Assembly: GCF_028368995.1 (NCBI RefSeq)
Contig: NZ_JAQNDL010000005.1
Location: 448,001 to 512,000 of the forward strand
DNA length: 64,000 nucleotides
From: Nannocystis bainbridge
Lineage (GTDB): Bacteria > Myxococcota_A > Polyangia > Nannocystales > Nannocystaceae
Direction: 5' to 3'
A model generated the notes under the pieces. It was not told the DNA's origin and ran no database searches. It was given only the letters and a program-made list of their open reading frames with translations. The translations under genes were made by a program, and so were the position numbers. Positions 10,306-19,787 of the stretch are shown here, in pieces (position 1 is the first letter of the stretch; every line of letters starts with the position of its first letter).

Positions 10306-11927
10306 CGGCTCGGCCTCGCCTTCTCGCCGCGTCGGCGCGCGCCGGCCTCATGCGTGCGGATCTCGGCCGGGTTGTTGCTCCACGCGTTGATGAGCGCCCC
10401 CAGACAATGCAAGTAGTCCGCGACCAGCCCACGGCGCTCCGCCGCGACGTCGCCGAGGGTCACGTCGTACACGTGCTGCACCCCGCCGCGATTGCCCGCC
10501 GGTTCATCGCGGACATCGACGTGCCGGATCTCGTCCGCGACATCGCCGTGGGGGCCGTGTGCATCGGCGCCGAGCGTCGTCATCAGCATGACGATGTCGC
10601 TGCGGCTCAGGACCCGCTTGGCGCGGCGCGACATCACGTGCAGCATCGCCGTCGAATCGCGCCACAGCGGGCTGCGGCGGTGCGGCGTCATCCGGCCCAG
10701 CACGCGGAACCCGACGCCCTCGAAGTGGCGGTGCTGCAGCGAGGCATCGAGCGCGCCGACGGCCACGGCGTCGAAGCTCGGCTGGAACCAGCGGGCCCGC
10801 ACCAGCACGCTGCGCGGGTGCATCAGGGCGTCGGGCAGCCGCAGCAGCAGGTGCGCCGCGTCCGGTTCGCCGGTGTGGTCGAGCTCCCAGCTCTCCGCCC
10901 CGCCGGCCAGGTGGCCGGGCAGCAGCGGATCGAGGCCGTCGCGGGTCTCCTGCTGGACCTCGACGATCGAGTGGAACGCGACCTCGTGGTCGACGCGCCA
11001 CGGGCGGATCGCGTGGCGGGAGCGCGTCCCGTCGGCCTTGATCGGCTCGGCCAGCTCGGTGAACAGGTTCTCGATCGGCACCACGAACAGGCGGAACATC
11101 TCCGAATTGACGACCTGTCCTTCGGGCCATGCGTCGAAATCGAGGCACAGCCACGCCTGCCGCCACGGCCGCGACGGCCGCGCGAGATCGACGGCGAGCG
11201 TCAGATCCTTGGCCGGGAAGTGGAAGAACTCGCGGATCCGCGCGACCGCGCTGCGCGTCTCGCCAGGCGGCGCGGCCTCGTCGGACTCGCCTGGCGCGCC
11301 GAGCCAGAACCGGCACTCGGCCCCGGGCTCGGTCGGCGACGGCGGCTCGCCGTACACGACCGCGACCCGGCTCAGGTGGAGGCGCAACCACTCGAAGAAT
11401 TCGCGCGACACCGGGTAGTCGCCGAGGTGATCGATCTGGAGGGACAGCGGCTCGGGCACGCCGGCGACCGGGACCCGCGAGCGCAGCCGGAGCAGCACCC
11501 GGTGGCCTGAGCCGCCGAGCAATTGCAGCTCGGCGCGGTCGAGGTCGAGCGGGCGGATCGTCACGTCGCGCATGGTCGAGAAGAACCCCACCTCGCCGTC
11601 GGCGGTCTCGAGGCGGACCCGGCTCCCGCGGGGAATGTGGGCAGGCTCGGCCAGGCGCGGGCTCGGCAGCCCGCGGAGCAGCACGCGGGCCGGCTGCGGC
11701 AGCGCGAACTCGTCGAGCAGCCCGTGCGTGAGCCGGGCGATCGCCCCGCGCAGCTCCGCCGCCGCCGCCTCGTGCGTGCGCGCGGCGAAGAACGCCAGCG
11801 ACTCCATCAAGCGGCGGACATCGGGGTCCTCGGGCTGGATGAAGCCCTCCCCGCCGCGGCGGCGGAGCAGGAACTCGTCGAGGGCCTCCAGCTCGCCGAG
11901 AAAGTCGCGATAAAAGCCCTGGTTCAC
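10302..11927 (-). CDS. tssF: T6SS baseplate TssF (IglH-like)
   Basis: EDPDVRRLMESLAFFAAR, REFFHFP and VPIENLF...EPI are TssF motifs; operon position fits. Confidence 0.85.
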   Translation of the reverse strand: MNQGFYRDFLGELEALDEFLLRRRGGEGFIQPEDPDVRRLMESLAFFAARTHEAAAAELRGAIARLTHGLLDEFALPQPARVLLRGLPSPRLAEPAHIPRGSRVRLETADGEVGFFSTMRDVTIRPLDLDRAELQLLGGSGHRVLLRLRSRVPVAGVPEPLSLQIDHLGDYPVSREFFEWLRLHLSRVAVVYGEPPSPTEPGAECRFWLGAPGESDEAAPPGETRSAVARIREFFHFPAKDLTLAVDLARPSRPWRQAWLCLDFDAWPEGQVVNSEMFRLFVVPIENLFTELAEPIKADGTRSRHAIRPWRVDHEVAFHSIVEVQQETRDGLDPLLPGHLAGGAESWELDHTGEPDAAHLLLRLPDALMHPRSVLVRARWFQPSFDAVAVGALDASLQHRHFEGVGFRVLGRMTPHRRSPLWRDSTAMLHVMSRRAKRVLSRSDIVMLMTTLGADAHGPHGDVADEIRHVDVRDEPAGNRGGVQHVYDVTLGDVAAERRGLVADYLHCLGALINAWSNNPAEIRTHEAGARRRGEKARPSR

Positions 11928-11930
11928 GCC

Positions 11931-12485
11931 TCAGCCCGCCTTGATCAGCGACCCGCCGATCGTCGTCATGCTGCCCTTGAGCGCCGCCATGCCCGAGGAC
12001 TCCAGCGACAGCTGCGCGTCGGCCTTGACCGCCACCTGCATGCCCGCGAGCTCCGCCTGCGTGTTGCCCTTGAGCTTGATCGACTGCGTGCCCGACGCCT
12101 CCACCGTGGCGCCCTCGATCTTGGCCGCGCTCTGGGCCTTGATCGCGACGTTGGCCCCGGAGACCTTGAAGTCGTTCTGGGCCTGCTGCACCACGTCGGC
12201 GCCCGACTTCACGGTCGTATTGCCCTCCTTGGACTCATAGGTGGCCGTCTTCGTGGCCGTGCAGGTGATCGACTCGCGCGCGACCACCTCGAATTGCTTG
12301 CACGAGATCGTCACCTTCTCGGTCGTCTGCGTCAGGGACGTCTCCTCTTGCTCGCCTTTGACCTTCGCCACCAGCGTCGTCCCGTTCATGGTGATCGTCT
12401 GCACGATCTTCCCCTCGGCGTCTTCGACGGTGATCGTCACGCCGCGCTCCTTGCTCATCTCCAGGGTGCAGATCAGCTTCGTCAT
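11931..12485 (-). CDS. vgrG: Short needle-only VgrG (gp5 beta-helix), Francisella-type
   Basis: 184 aa of alternating beta-strand repeats ending ...AALKGSMTTIGGSLIKAG; no gp27 domains; follows a hub-like gene. Confidence 0.7.
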   Translation of the reverse strand: MTKLICTLEMSKERGVTITVEDAEGKIVQTITMNGTTLVAKVKGEQEETSLTQTTEKVTISCKQFEVVARESITCTATKTATYESKEGNTTVKSGADVVQQAQNDFKVSGANVAIKAQSAAKIEGATVEASGTQSIKLKGNTQAELAGMQVAVKADAQLSLESSGMAALKGSMTTIGGSLIKAG

Positions 12486-12491
12486 CGCGCG

Positions 12492-14138
12492 TTATCCCTT
12501 CATCTCCTCCACGCGCAGCACCAGGGTGCCCTCGCTGATGCGGATGAGCCCCGTGTCCTTGTCGCTCGTGCGCGCGACGTTGAGGACCGGCTTGTCGTCC
12601 TCGTAGACGTGGTTGATCGACGTGCTGCTCTTCGGCGACTTGCCGAGCAGGATGTGCTCGCCCTGAACGTCCATCGACAGCGCCGCGCCCTCCCGCCATT
12701 CGAGCAATCGGGCCACCCGGGCGTGATGCAGGTCGAGCGCCAGCAGCACGCGCTCGCCCCGGTACGCCGGCACGTAGACGTTGCCCGACCCGAGGTACGG
12801 GATGAACGGCGCCGTCACCTTCTGCTGGCTCCACGCCGGCACCTCGACCGTGTACTCGTCGAGCGAGCTGTCGTCGTTGCGGTACACCTGGTAGGTCTTG
12901 TCGCTGTCCTCGCCCTTCTCGGACACGACCTTGCCCTCGACATAGCCGGGGTAACGCGGTCGCCGATACTCGGGGTGACAGGCCCGCGTGTCCTCGCCGT
13001 CGACGAGGCGCGCGCGCAGCGAGACCTCGTATTCGGTGCTGGCGAGCTGGAGGTCGTGATCGAGGGACCCGTCGGAAGCGAGCGCGCGCAGCGAGACCTG
13101 CCGCACCCGCCAGATCTTGCCGACCAGCGCGCTGGTCTTGTTCCACCGGTTCGCCGCCGCCATCTGCACGCGATCGCCGGGCAGCAGCCGGATCACCGGC
13201 ATGCGGCCGAACGTCAGCTCCACCTCCAGCTTCGGCAGCCGCAGGCGCTGCTTCTCGAGCGCGACCCGATCGTCGACTTCCTGCGAGATCGAGGTGTGCA
13301 TCAGATGGTCGTGCCGGATCGCGCTCTCCGCGTAGGTCTGTGCGATCGCCTCCGTCCGCGGCCCGTTCGCGTAGGTGTTGCAGACCTCGACCGCGTGGGC
13401 CGGCGTCGGCGGCACGACCATCTCCACCCCGGCGATGTCGTCGCCGAACAGCCCGCGAGGCTCCCCGGCGGCCGGCCATTCGCTCAGCAAATCGAGCTCG
13501 CCGGTGACGTAGTCGTAGGTGAAGAGGCCGCCCCGGTGATCGGCGTACCAGATCAGAAAATCATAGAAGCTGGCCCCGTGTTCGACCGGCAGGTGGAGGA
13601 AGATCAATGGCCGCTCCTGCGCGAGCTCGGCCCAGCCGAATTTCACCTTGATCTTGTCCCCGATCTGGGCCCGGATCACGTCCTCGAGCTTTTGGTGAGT
13701 GTGCAGCCGGCACGGGAAATGCTGCGTCCACAACGCCCGCGCCGGGTCGGTGAACGCGATGCGATAGCGACGAACCAGCAGCGGCCTGTCGGGCAGGCGC
13801 CAGCCCGGCAGCTCGACCACCGAGCGGCGGGTCACCAGCCCCGAGAGCACCAGCGCCTCCGGGCTCTCGGCCGATTCCGCCTGGTCGTACACCACCGCCA
13901 GCGCGACGCGGACATCGAGGGGCTCCTGCGAGAGGAAGCCCTCCCGCAGCTCGTCGGTGAACCCCCCGCCGTGCGCGGCGTCGTCCTGCAGCACGAACTC
14001 GAGCTCCCCCGAGAAGCCGAACGGCTCGAGCTCGAGCTCGACCCGCTTGACCGCGCCGCCGGCGATCTCGTGCTCCTTCCCCGCGATCTTCAGGGTGACG
14101 CCGATCGCCAGTCGCTCGGTGAACGAACCCTCGCGCAT
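12492..14138 (-). CDS. PdpA-like spike hub (gp27-like plus OB fold, no needle)
   Basis: ATG 14138 overlaps the tssE stop; 548 aa; ASFYDFLIWY, YVEGKVVSEKG and YVPAYRGERVLLAL resemble VgrG hub/OB-fold segments. Confidence 0.65.
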   Translation of the reverse strand: MREGSFTERLAIGVTLKIAGKEHEIAGGAVKRVELELEPFGFSGELEFVLQDDAAHGGGFTDELREGFLSQEPLDVRVALAVVYDQAESAESPEALVLSGLVTRRSVVELPGWRLPDRPLLVRRYRIAFTDPARALWTQHFPCRLHTHQKLEDVIRAQIGDKIKVKFGWAELAQERPLIFLHLPVEHGASFYDFLIWYADHRGGLFTYDYVTGELDLLSEWPAAGEPRGLFGDDIAGVEMVVPPTPAHAVEVCNTYANGPRTEAIAQTYAESAIRHDHLMHTSISQEVDDRVALEKQRLRLPKLEVELTFGRMPVIRLLPGDRVQMAAANRWNKTSALVGKIWRVRQVSLRALASDGSLDHDLQLASTEYEVSLRARLVDGEDTRACHPEYRRPRYPGYVEGKVVSEKGEDSDKTYQVYRNDDSSLDEYTVEVPAWSQQKVTAPFIPYLGSGNVYVPAYRGERVLLALDLHHARVARLLEWREGAALSMDVQGEHILLGKSPKSSTSINHVYEDDKPVLNVARTSDKDTGLIRISEGTLVLRVEEMKG

Positions 14139-14521
14139 CACGACTCCCCCACGGTGACGTGGACCTGCCGCGTCGTCGTGTCGATATCGATCCAGAGCAC
14201 CAGCGCCTCGCCGCGGACCTGTCCGCGGACCTCGTAGCGGATCCCGCGATAGCCGTACCCGCCGAGCAGCCGCACCACCGGCGAGCCGAGCCGCGGCTCG
14301 TAGCGCTCGATCGCCGCCTCGAGCTCGTTCCGCAGCAGGATGACGGCCTCGTGGGTCGTCGGCGCGGCCTCGTAATCTCCCAGCCCGAACTCCGCGATCA
14401 CGCTGCCGCAGCCCTTGCGGGTGTTGAGCAGGTGCTCGAGGTTCCGAACGATCACCGCCGGGGTCGCCTCCGCGGGCCCCTGCGCGAGCCGGTGGATGAA
14501 TGAGCCGAACCGACCAGCCAT
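14138..14521 (-). CDS. tssE: T6SS baseplate TssE (gp25-like)
   Basis: IVRNLEHLLNTRKG...FGLGD...AIERYEPRL gp25 signature. Confidence 0.9.
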   Translation of the reverse strand: MAGRFGSFIHRLAQGPAEATPAVIVRNLEHLLNTRKGCGSVIAEFGLGDYEAAPTTHEAVILLRNELEAAIERYEPRLGSPVVRLLGGYGYRGIRYEVRGQVRGEALVLWIDIDTTTRQVHVTVGES

Positions 14522-14524
14522 CGC

Positions 14525-15793
14525 TCACCCCCACACCAGGACGGCCTGGATCCCTTCGAGCGCGTGCCAGGCCGGGAAGCAGAGATCGCGGTCGCGGACG
14601 GCCTGGGCCCACTCCGGGTCGCCCTCGATCTGCAGCTTGTAGAAGGTCGCGTCGTGACCGTAGACGTACGCGAACGAGCTCGACTGGAAGACCGCCAGCG
14701 AGACCCCCGCCAGCGCCCGGGTATGGACCTCCTCGATCCGCCGCGGGCTCGCCAGCTTGACCCCGGCGAAGTCGACCGGCTTGCCAGAGCTCGACTTCAG
14801 GACCAGGTAGACCTCGCGGGACCGGCAGAGATCGTCGGGGAACGGACCCGCGACGAACCAGCTGGCCCGCCGCTCGAAGCCGAGTCGCTTCGCGCTCAGC
14901 GAGCTCGAGCTCAGGCAAGACTCGGTCCGCAGCCGCAGCTCCTCGAAGCAGCCCGCGAGGTCGCCGTGGCGATACCGCAATTGCAGGACGTCGTGCTGGT
15001 CGTCCTCGAGGATCGCCGCCTCCATGTAGAACTCGCGCAATGCGCTGAATAGCAGATACGGGTGCAGCGAGACCTTCTGCTGCGATTCGCCCGCGCCGAG
15101 CCCGTGGTCCGCGAGCACGGCGAGCGCCCGGTGGGCCGCCGAGCGTACGCGACGGAGCTCGGCGCCCTGCTCCGAGCCGAGGAACGAGTCGCGGATCCTG
15201 CGGCTGAGCTGGGCCTCGACCGCGTGCACCGCCCGGACGATCGCCTCGAGCGTGTCGCGCAGCAGCGGCGCCACCTCGACGCCGACTCGCAGCAGCGGCG
15301 GCGCGTAGCGCTCCAGCGACCAGCAGGCGTCGCGGCGCACCAGCCCGAGCAGCTTGACCGACTCGCGCGCGTCGTCCTGGCGAGCCGCGAGCGACAGCTC
15401 GGCGCGATAGATCACCCGGGTGACGCGCCGCGGGTCGTCGCGGTAGCCCTTGAGGTCCGTCGCGTCGGTGACTTCATGACCGATATGGAGATAGATCGCG
15501 GCCACGTTCTCGGCGACGTCGTCGAGGCTGATATTGCCGATCACGGCGTTGCCGGGCACGTCGATCAGCAGACCCGAGGCGAACACGTAGGTCAGCCGCT
15601 CGACGCGCACTGCGCCGGCGGCGAGCAGCGCCTCGTCCACGGCCAGGCGAGCGAGCCCGTGCGCCGGCAGACCCGAGAGGCCGGCGCCGACCCGGTCGTG
15701 AGCGAGCAGCGCCTCCTGCAGCGCGACGAACTGCTCCGGGAGCAGGACCTGCCCCATGCGCCACTCCGGGAGAGCTAATCGGACGCCGCTCAT
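14525..15793 (-). CDS. tssK: T6SS baseplate TssK (IglD-like)
   Basis: WRMGQVLLPEQF, SGLLIDVPGNA, LHPYLLF, YRHGDLAGCF and VKLASP motifs. Confidence 0.85.
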   Translation of the reverse strand: MSGVRLALPEWRMGQVLLPEQFVALQEALLAHDRVGAGLSGLPAHGLARLAVDEALLAAGAVRVERLTYVFASGLLIDVPGNAVIGNISLDDVAENVAAIYLHIGHEVTDATDLKGYRDDPRRVTRVIYRAELSLAARQDDARESVKLLGLVRRDACWSLERYAPPLLRVGVEVAPLLRDTLEAIVRAVHAVEAQLSRRIRDSFLGSEQGAELRRVRSAAHRALAVLADHGLGAGESQQKVSLHPYLLFSALREFYMEAAILEDDQHDVLQLRYRHGDLAGCFEELRLRTESCLSSSSLSAKRLGFERRASWFVAGPFPDDLCRSREVYLVLKSSSGKPVDFAGVKLASPRRIEEVHTRALAGVSLAVFQSSSFAYVYGHDATFYKLQIEGDPEWAQAVRDRDLCFPAWHALEGIQAVLVWG

Positions 15794-15797
15794 CGCG

Positions 15798-16373
15798 TCA
15801 CTTCTCGACCTTGAGACCCCACGCCTTGACGATCTTGACCGAGAACGAGGTGGCGACCGTGATCGTCTGAGCCAACGGCTGCGGCTTGACGCCGATCTGG
15901 AACGCGTAGTTCTCGGGGGACTGCACCTCGGTCGAGGCGTCGTCGGAGGTGTCGATGTTCAGGTCGCCGCCTCGCTTCTCCAGCAGCCCGTCGAGCGCCT
16001 TGTCGGTCGGCAGCAGGCACTTGAAGTACTTCTTCTCGAGCGGGTCGTACTCGTAGATGCTGAAGTTGTAGGAGACATCGACCTTGGACAGGTCCTTGTA
16101 GGCGAGCTGCTTGATCTGCTGCTTGTTGAACACCGAGATCTGGCCGGAGAAGTAGAGCCCGTCGGTGACCCCGAGCTCCCACAACACCCCGCTGAGGACG
16201 GTGACGACCGCGAGATCGGTCTCGGGCGCCATGGGGTCCTTGCAGGTCTGGTCGGCCTTGAGCGTGACGTCGCCGATCTTGAGCTCGGTCAGGAATCCGA
16301 CCGGGGTCTGGACGTCCTTCTTGAAGTTGTAACCCTGGTAAATGTCGCAGTGCTTCTGGAATGTGGCAGGCAT
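15798..16373 (-). CDS. Candidate tube protein (IglC/Hcp positional equivalent)
   Basis: 191-aa beta-rich protein between the sheath gene and tssK (iglB-iglC-iglD order); strong GGAG RBS; lacks classic Hcp motifs. Confidence 0.6.
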   Translation of the reverse strand: MPATFQKHCDIYQGYNFKKDVQTPVGFLTELKIGDVTLKADQTCKDPMAPETDLAVVTVLSGVLWELGVTDGLYFSGQISVFNKQQIKQLAYKDLSKVDVSYNFSIYEYDPLEKKYFKCLLPTDKALDGLLEKRGGDLNIDTSDDASTEVQSPENYAFQIGVKPQPLAQTITVATSFSVKIVKAWGLKVEK

Positions 16374-16397
16374 CGCTTGTCTCCTCGCTGTTTGCTA

Positions 16398-18851
16398 TCA
16401 GGCCCCGCCGAGCGCCGCTTCCAGCCGCAGCTCGACGTCCATGCCCTGGAACTGGATGTGCGGCAGCACCGCGACCTTGCAGCTGTACCAGCCGAACGGC
16501 CCCGGCTTCGGCTCGACGCTGACCGACATGGCCTTGAACGGGTAGTAGAGCAGCGTCAAATCGTCCGGGTTGACCGCCGTCGTCACGTACTCGACCAGCC
16601 AGGCCTCGAGCATCGACTGGATGTATGGCGCGTCGGCCGTCGAGCCGATGTAATCCCGCACCATCCGCTTGACGTAGTGGGCGATGCGCGTGATCGACAG
16701 CGTATACGCCAGGTTGCAGATCAGGTCGGCGTTCTTGGTGTCGAGGTCGTCCTCGAACTCGATCGCCCGCTTGACCGCGCGCGCGCTGAAGAACGTCACG
16801 TCCGCCGTGCCCTTGCAATGGACCAGAGGGATGAAGCCGGCGTTGGCCAGCTGCAGCTCGCGATAGTCCGGGATCGCCACCTCGACCGGCGGCTGCAGCT
16901 CCTCCTGCCCGTGGTGGAGCACCATGTGCACCGGCAGGCCCTTGATCAGCCCGCCGCCGAGCGGCCCCGCGATGTGCTGACACCAACCCGACGCCTGGAA
17001 CGAGCGCACCATGTTGCGGGCGAACAGCACCGCCGCGTTGCCCCACAAGTAGTCGCCCGGCCCGCCGATCTTCTCCTCGAAATCGACCGCCTGCTGCTTG
17101 CCGGCCTGGCGCACGTAGGGCGCGCGCAGCATGTAGCGCGGCATGGTCAGGCCGATGTAGGCCGCCCCGTGCGTCTCGCGGAAGGCCGCCCACCGCCCGT
17201 ACTGCGGCAGCGCCATCAGCTCCTCGATGTCCGGCTTGCGATCGAGCTCCTCCCAGGTCTCGCTGGAGAAGAAGCGCGGGCTGACCGCCGCGACGAACGG
17301 GCAGTGCGCCGCGGCGCTGATCTTCGACACTGTCTGCAGCCAGTCGATGTCCTCGTCGCTGTTGTCGAACTCGTAGAGCCCGATCATCACGCCGATCGGC
17401 CGCCCGCCGTAGCGATCGTACTCGTCGATGTAGACCTTGCGGAACAGCGCGCTGTTGAGGATGTAGCTCGAGTGGTCCTCGAAGTCCGCGCGCAGCACCT
17501 CCTTGTCCGCGTCGAGGAAATCGATGATGACCTCGTTCGAGTTCACCTCGCGGCACAGATCGTCGAGCGACCGCCAGCTCGTCTCGAGCGCGCGCAGGCT
17601 CGGGCTCTGGACCACCCCGGCCAGCCGCTTCTGCACCAGCCCGTCGAGCTCGTGCAGCAGCGTGTCGATGGCGATCATCATGGTGCGGATCGAGTCGACC
17701 CGGCGCCCCTCGAGGAACGGGTCGATGTTGACCAGCAGCACCGCCAGGATGTTGGCGAAGCGGTCCGCGAGGGTGAAGCTCGTGTCGCGGTCGTGGAACG
17801 CCAGGTTGGCGCTGCCCGGTCGTTCGACCAGCGCGCGCTGCTTGTTCTCGGACGGGTTCATGCCCGCGCTGCTGATCAGCCGCTCGAGCAGCGCCTTGGC
17901 GTCGGGCTCGGGCTCGTCCGGCGCCGCATCCACGGGGGCCGCAGCGGCGTCCGGGCGGGCCTCTGCCACCAGCAGCGGATACCTCCGGCGGAAGTACCCG
18001 CGCAGCTGCCCGAACGCCGACTTCTCGCCCTCGGCGACCGGCACCTCGCGCAGCTGCACGAGCTCGGCCTTGAGCGCCTCCCGCAGCTCCGGGAAGCTCG
18101 AGATGTGATTGCGCGCCTCGAGCACCAGCCGATGCAGCAGCACGATCCGCCGGATCTCCGGCACGCTCATCGCCACGTGCAACGGCTTGAAGTCGTTGAT
18201 CGAGCGCAGCGGGATCGTCAGATCGACCGGCACCTTCTCGGCGCTGACCTGGCTCTTGAGCCCGCCCGTCAGCTCCGTCGCGGCGCTGTCGTTGGGGCCG
18301 ACCGTGACCTCGAATTCCCCGTGGACATCGCCCGTGAGCCCGATCTCGGCGCCCGGCGGCGGCTCGACCTTGCCGTGAACCGAGAGCTTCACCGGGGTGC
18401 CACCATCGGGGATCGCCAGCTCTCCGTTCGCGAACGGCAGCATCGCCTCTCCGCTGATCTCGACCTCGCCGGCGAAGCTCCCGAGCCGGTTGGCCCGGAA
18501 GTCGCCCTTCACCGTGGCCGTGCCGCGGATCTTGACCTTGGCCTCCGTCGCCCCGGCGGCGGGCTCACCGACCAATGTTCCGGTGACCGACCCGGCGAGC
18601 GCCCCGGCCAGCACCTCGCGCAGCTCGGCGTCTTCGATCGGCGCCGTCACCTTCATCTCGTCCATGAAGCTGGCCAGCTTCATGCCCGGCAAGATCGAGT
18701 GGATCGGACGCTCCCCAAGCAGGCGCCGGTTGGCCCCCGTGAAGTCTCCGAGCACCAAGAAACGCATCGGCAACTTGGCCTTCTTCGGTTTGCCGTCGAT
18801 CTTGGTCCGATAGCTGATGTTGAGACGCGAACGAGGGACTGGCTTACTCAT
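16398..18851 (-). CDS. tssBC: Fused contractile sheath TssB-TssC (IglA-IglB-like), 817 aa
   Basis: N-terminal PRSRLNISYRTKIDG...LPMRFLVLGD and SINDFKP...VPEIR (IglA/TssB); C-terminal LETSWRSL, EYDRYGGRP, YLWGNAA and GWYSCKVAVLPHIQFQGM (IglB/TssC); no internal stop. Confidence 0.9.
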   Translation of the reverse strand: MSKPVPRSRLNISYRTKIDGKPKKAKLPMRFLVLGDFTGANRRLLGERPIHSILPGMKLASFMDEMKVTAPIEDAELREVLAGALAGSVTGTLVGEPAAGATEAKVKIRGTATVKGDFRANRLGSFAGEVEISGEAMLPFANGELAIPDGGTPVKLSVHGKVEPPPGAEIGLTGDVHGEFEVTVGPNDSAATELTGGLKSQVSAEKVPVDLTIPLRSINDFKPLHVAMSVPEIRRIVLLHRLVLEARNHISSFPELREALKAELVQLREVPVAEGEKSAFGQLRGYFRRRYPLLVAEARPDAAAAPVDAAPDEPEPDAKALLERLISSAGMNPSENKQRALVERPGSANLAFHDRDTSFTLADRFANILAVLLVNIDPFLEGRRVDSIRTMMIAIDTLLHELDGLVQKRLAGVVQSPSLRALETSWRSLDDLCREVNSNEVIIDFLDADKEVLRADFEDHSSYILNSALFRKVYIDEYDRYGGRPIGVMIGLYEFDNSDEDIDWLQTVSKISAAAHCPFVAAVSPRFFSSETWEELDRKPDIEELMALPQYGRWAAFRETHGAAYIGLTMPRYMLRAPYVRQAGKQQAVDFEEKIGGPGDYLWGNAAVLFARNMVRSFQASGWCQHIAGPLGGGLIKGLPVHMVLHHGQEELQPPVEVAIPDYRELQLANAGFIPLVHCKGTADVTFFSARAVKRAIEFEDDLDTKNADLICNLAYTLSITRIAHYVKRMVRDYIGSTADAPYIQSMLEAWLVEYVTTAVNPDDLTLLYYPFKAMSVSVEPKPGPFGWYSCKVAVLPHIQFQGMDVELRLEAALGGA

Positions 18852-18894
18852 GTGATCTTCCCGTACACAGCGACTAATCATGGGAACAGCGGTG

Positions 18895-18961
18895 GCACCA
18901 AAAAAGGTGCGAGCTGTGTTTTTCGGCGCTGAAAAGCCGGCACATGTTTCCGATCGGAAAC
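18895..18961. promoter_or_regulatory. Palindrome cluster in the divergent T6SS promoter
   Basis: GCACC-A6-GGTGC (18895-18910), TTTC-N6-GAAA (18921-18934) and a perfect GTTTCCGATCGGAAAC (18946-18961). Confidence 0.5.
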
Positions 18962-19067
18962 GACGAAGCGCAAGGCCGCGCATCGGCCAGATCGGCGCAT
19001 GGCGACGGCGTCTGGCAGATATCGTATGCGCTTTACTGGATCGCGCGTCCGTGTATCATGCCCTCCT

Positions 19068-19787
19068 ATGTTGGAGTTATTGCCGCCGACCTCCCCCTGT
19101 CCCCCCCACGCCGACCCCCGGCTCGAGCGGACCACGACGAGGATCCGGGACCTGGTGGCCGGGACGCACCTCCAGATGGCGCTCTCCATCGGTCGAATCG
19201 TGGTCGAGGAGATTTATGACGGAGACCTCAAGAGCTGGCGCCGCCGCGGCCCGAAGGACCCTTCTCTGCGCCGGCTAGCCGCCGATCCCCGGCTCACGAT
19301 CAGCGCCTCTGCGTTATATCGCGCGCTCGGAATCTTCGAGCTCAAGGTGCGGTTCGCGGATCATCCGATGTGGGATATGCTCACGGCCTGCCACCTTCGG
19401 GCGGTGCTGGGGCTGCCGGAGTCGGAGCAATGCCGCCTGCTCGATCTGGCGACCACCAGCGCCTGGACCTCCCAGACCCTCGAGCACGCGGCGGCCATCA
19501 GCCGCGACAACCACAAGACCTCGCGCGGCGGCCGTTCGCGCAAGTCCCCGGTCGTGCGTGCGATCGAGACCGCCGAGCGAGCGCTGGCCGGCGACCAGGA
19601 CGTGGACGTGGCGTCCCCCGCCGTGCTCGTCGAATTGCCGGCGGAGCAGCGCGACGACCTCCTGCGCCGCCTCAGCCTGATCCGCGAGCGCTGCGCCTCG
19701 CTCGCCACGGCGCTGGAGGGCCAGCTCCCCGAGTCGCACGCGCGATCGGAGTCGAAGCCCGGCGTCTCCTCGTACGCCCCCCATTGA
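19068..19787 (+). CDS. Putative DNA-binding protein (ParB-HTH-like region)
   Basis: SLRRLAA...ISASALYRAL and LTACHLRAVLGLPESEQ..L.....WTSQTLE recall ParB/KorB central helices; basic GGRSRK; start uncertain (18999 or 19068). Confidence 0.5.
   Translation: MLELLPPTSPCPPHADPRLERTTTRIRDLVAGTHLQMALSIGRIVVEEIYDGDLKSWRRRGPKDPSLRRLAADPRLTISASALYRALGIFELKVRFADHPMWDMLTACHLRAVLGLPESEQCRLLDLATTSAWTSQTLEHAAAISRDNHKTSRGGRSRKSPVVRAIETAERALAGDQDVDVASPAVLVELPAEQRDDLLRRLSLIRERCASLATALEGQLPESHARSESKPGVSSYAPH

Noticed and set aside
18893-18910. Sigma-54 promoter at TGGCAC
   Set aside because: The GG-to-GC spacing is 13 bp rather than 10.
15756-18932. Long plus-strand ORF of 1058 aa (likewise 6083-8857, 11523-14237, 33042-36344, 49023-51254, 53842-57021)
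   Set aside because: These are antisense shadows of well-supported genes, expected in high-GC DNA, and carry no motifs.
18946-18961. Palindrome as a parS site
   Set aside because: The arms resemble parS, but the core is CGATCG (6 bp) rather than ACGT; kept only as a generic operator candidate.
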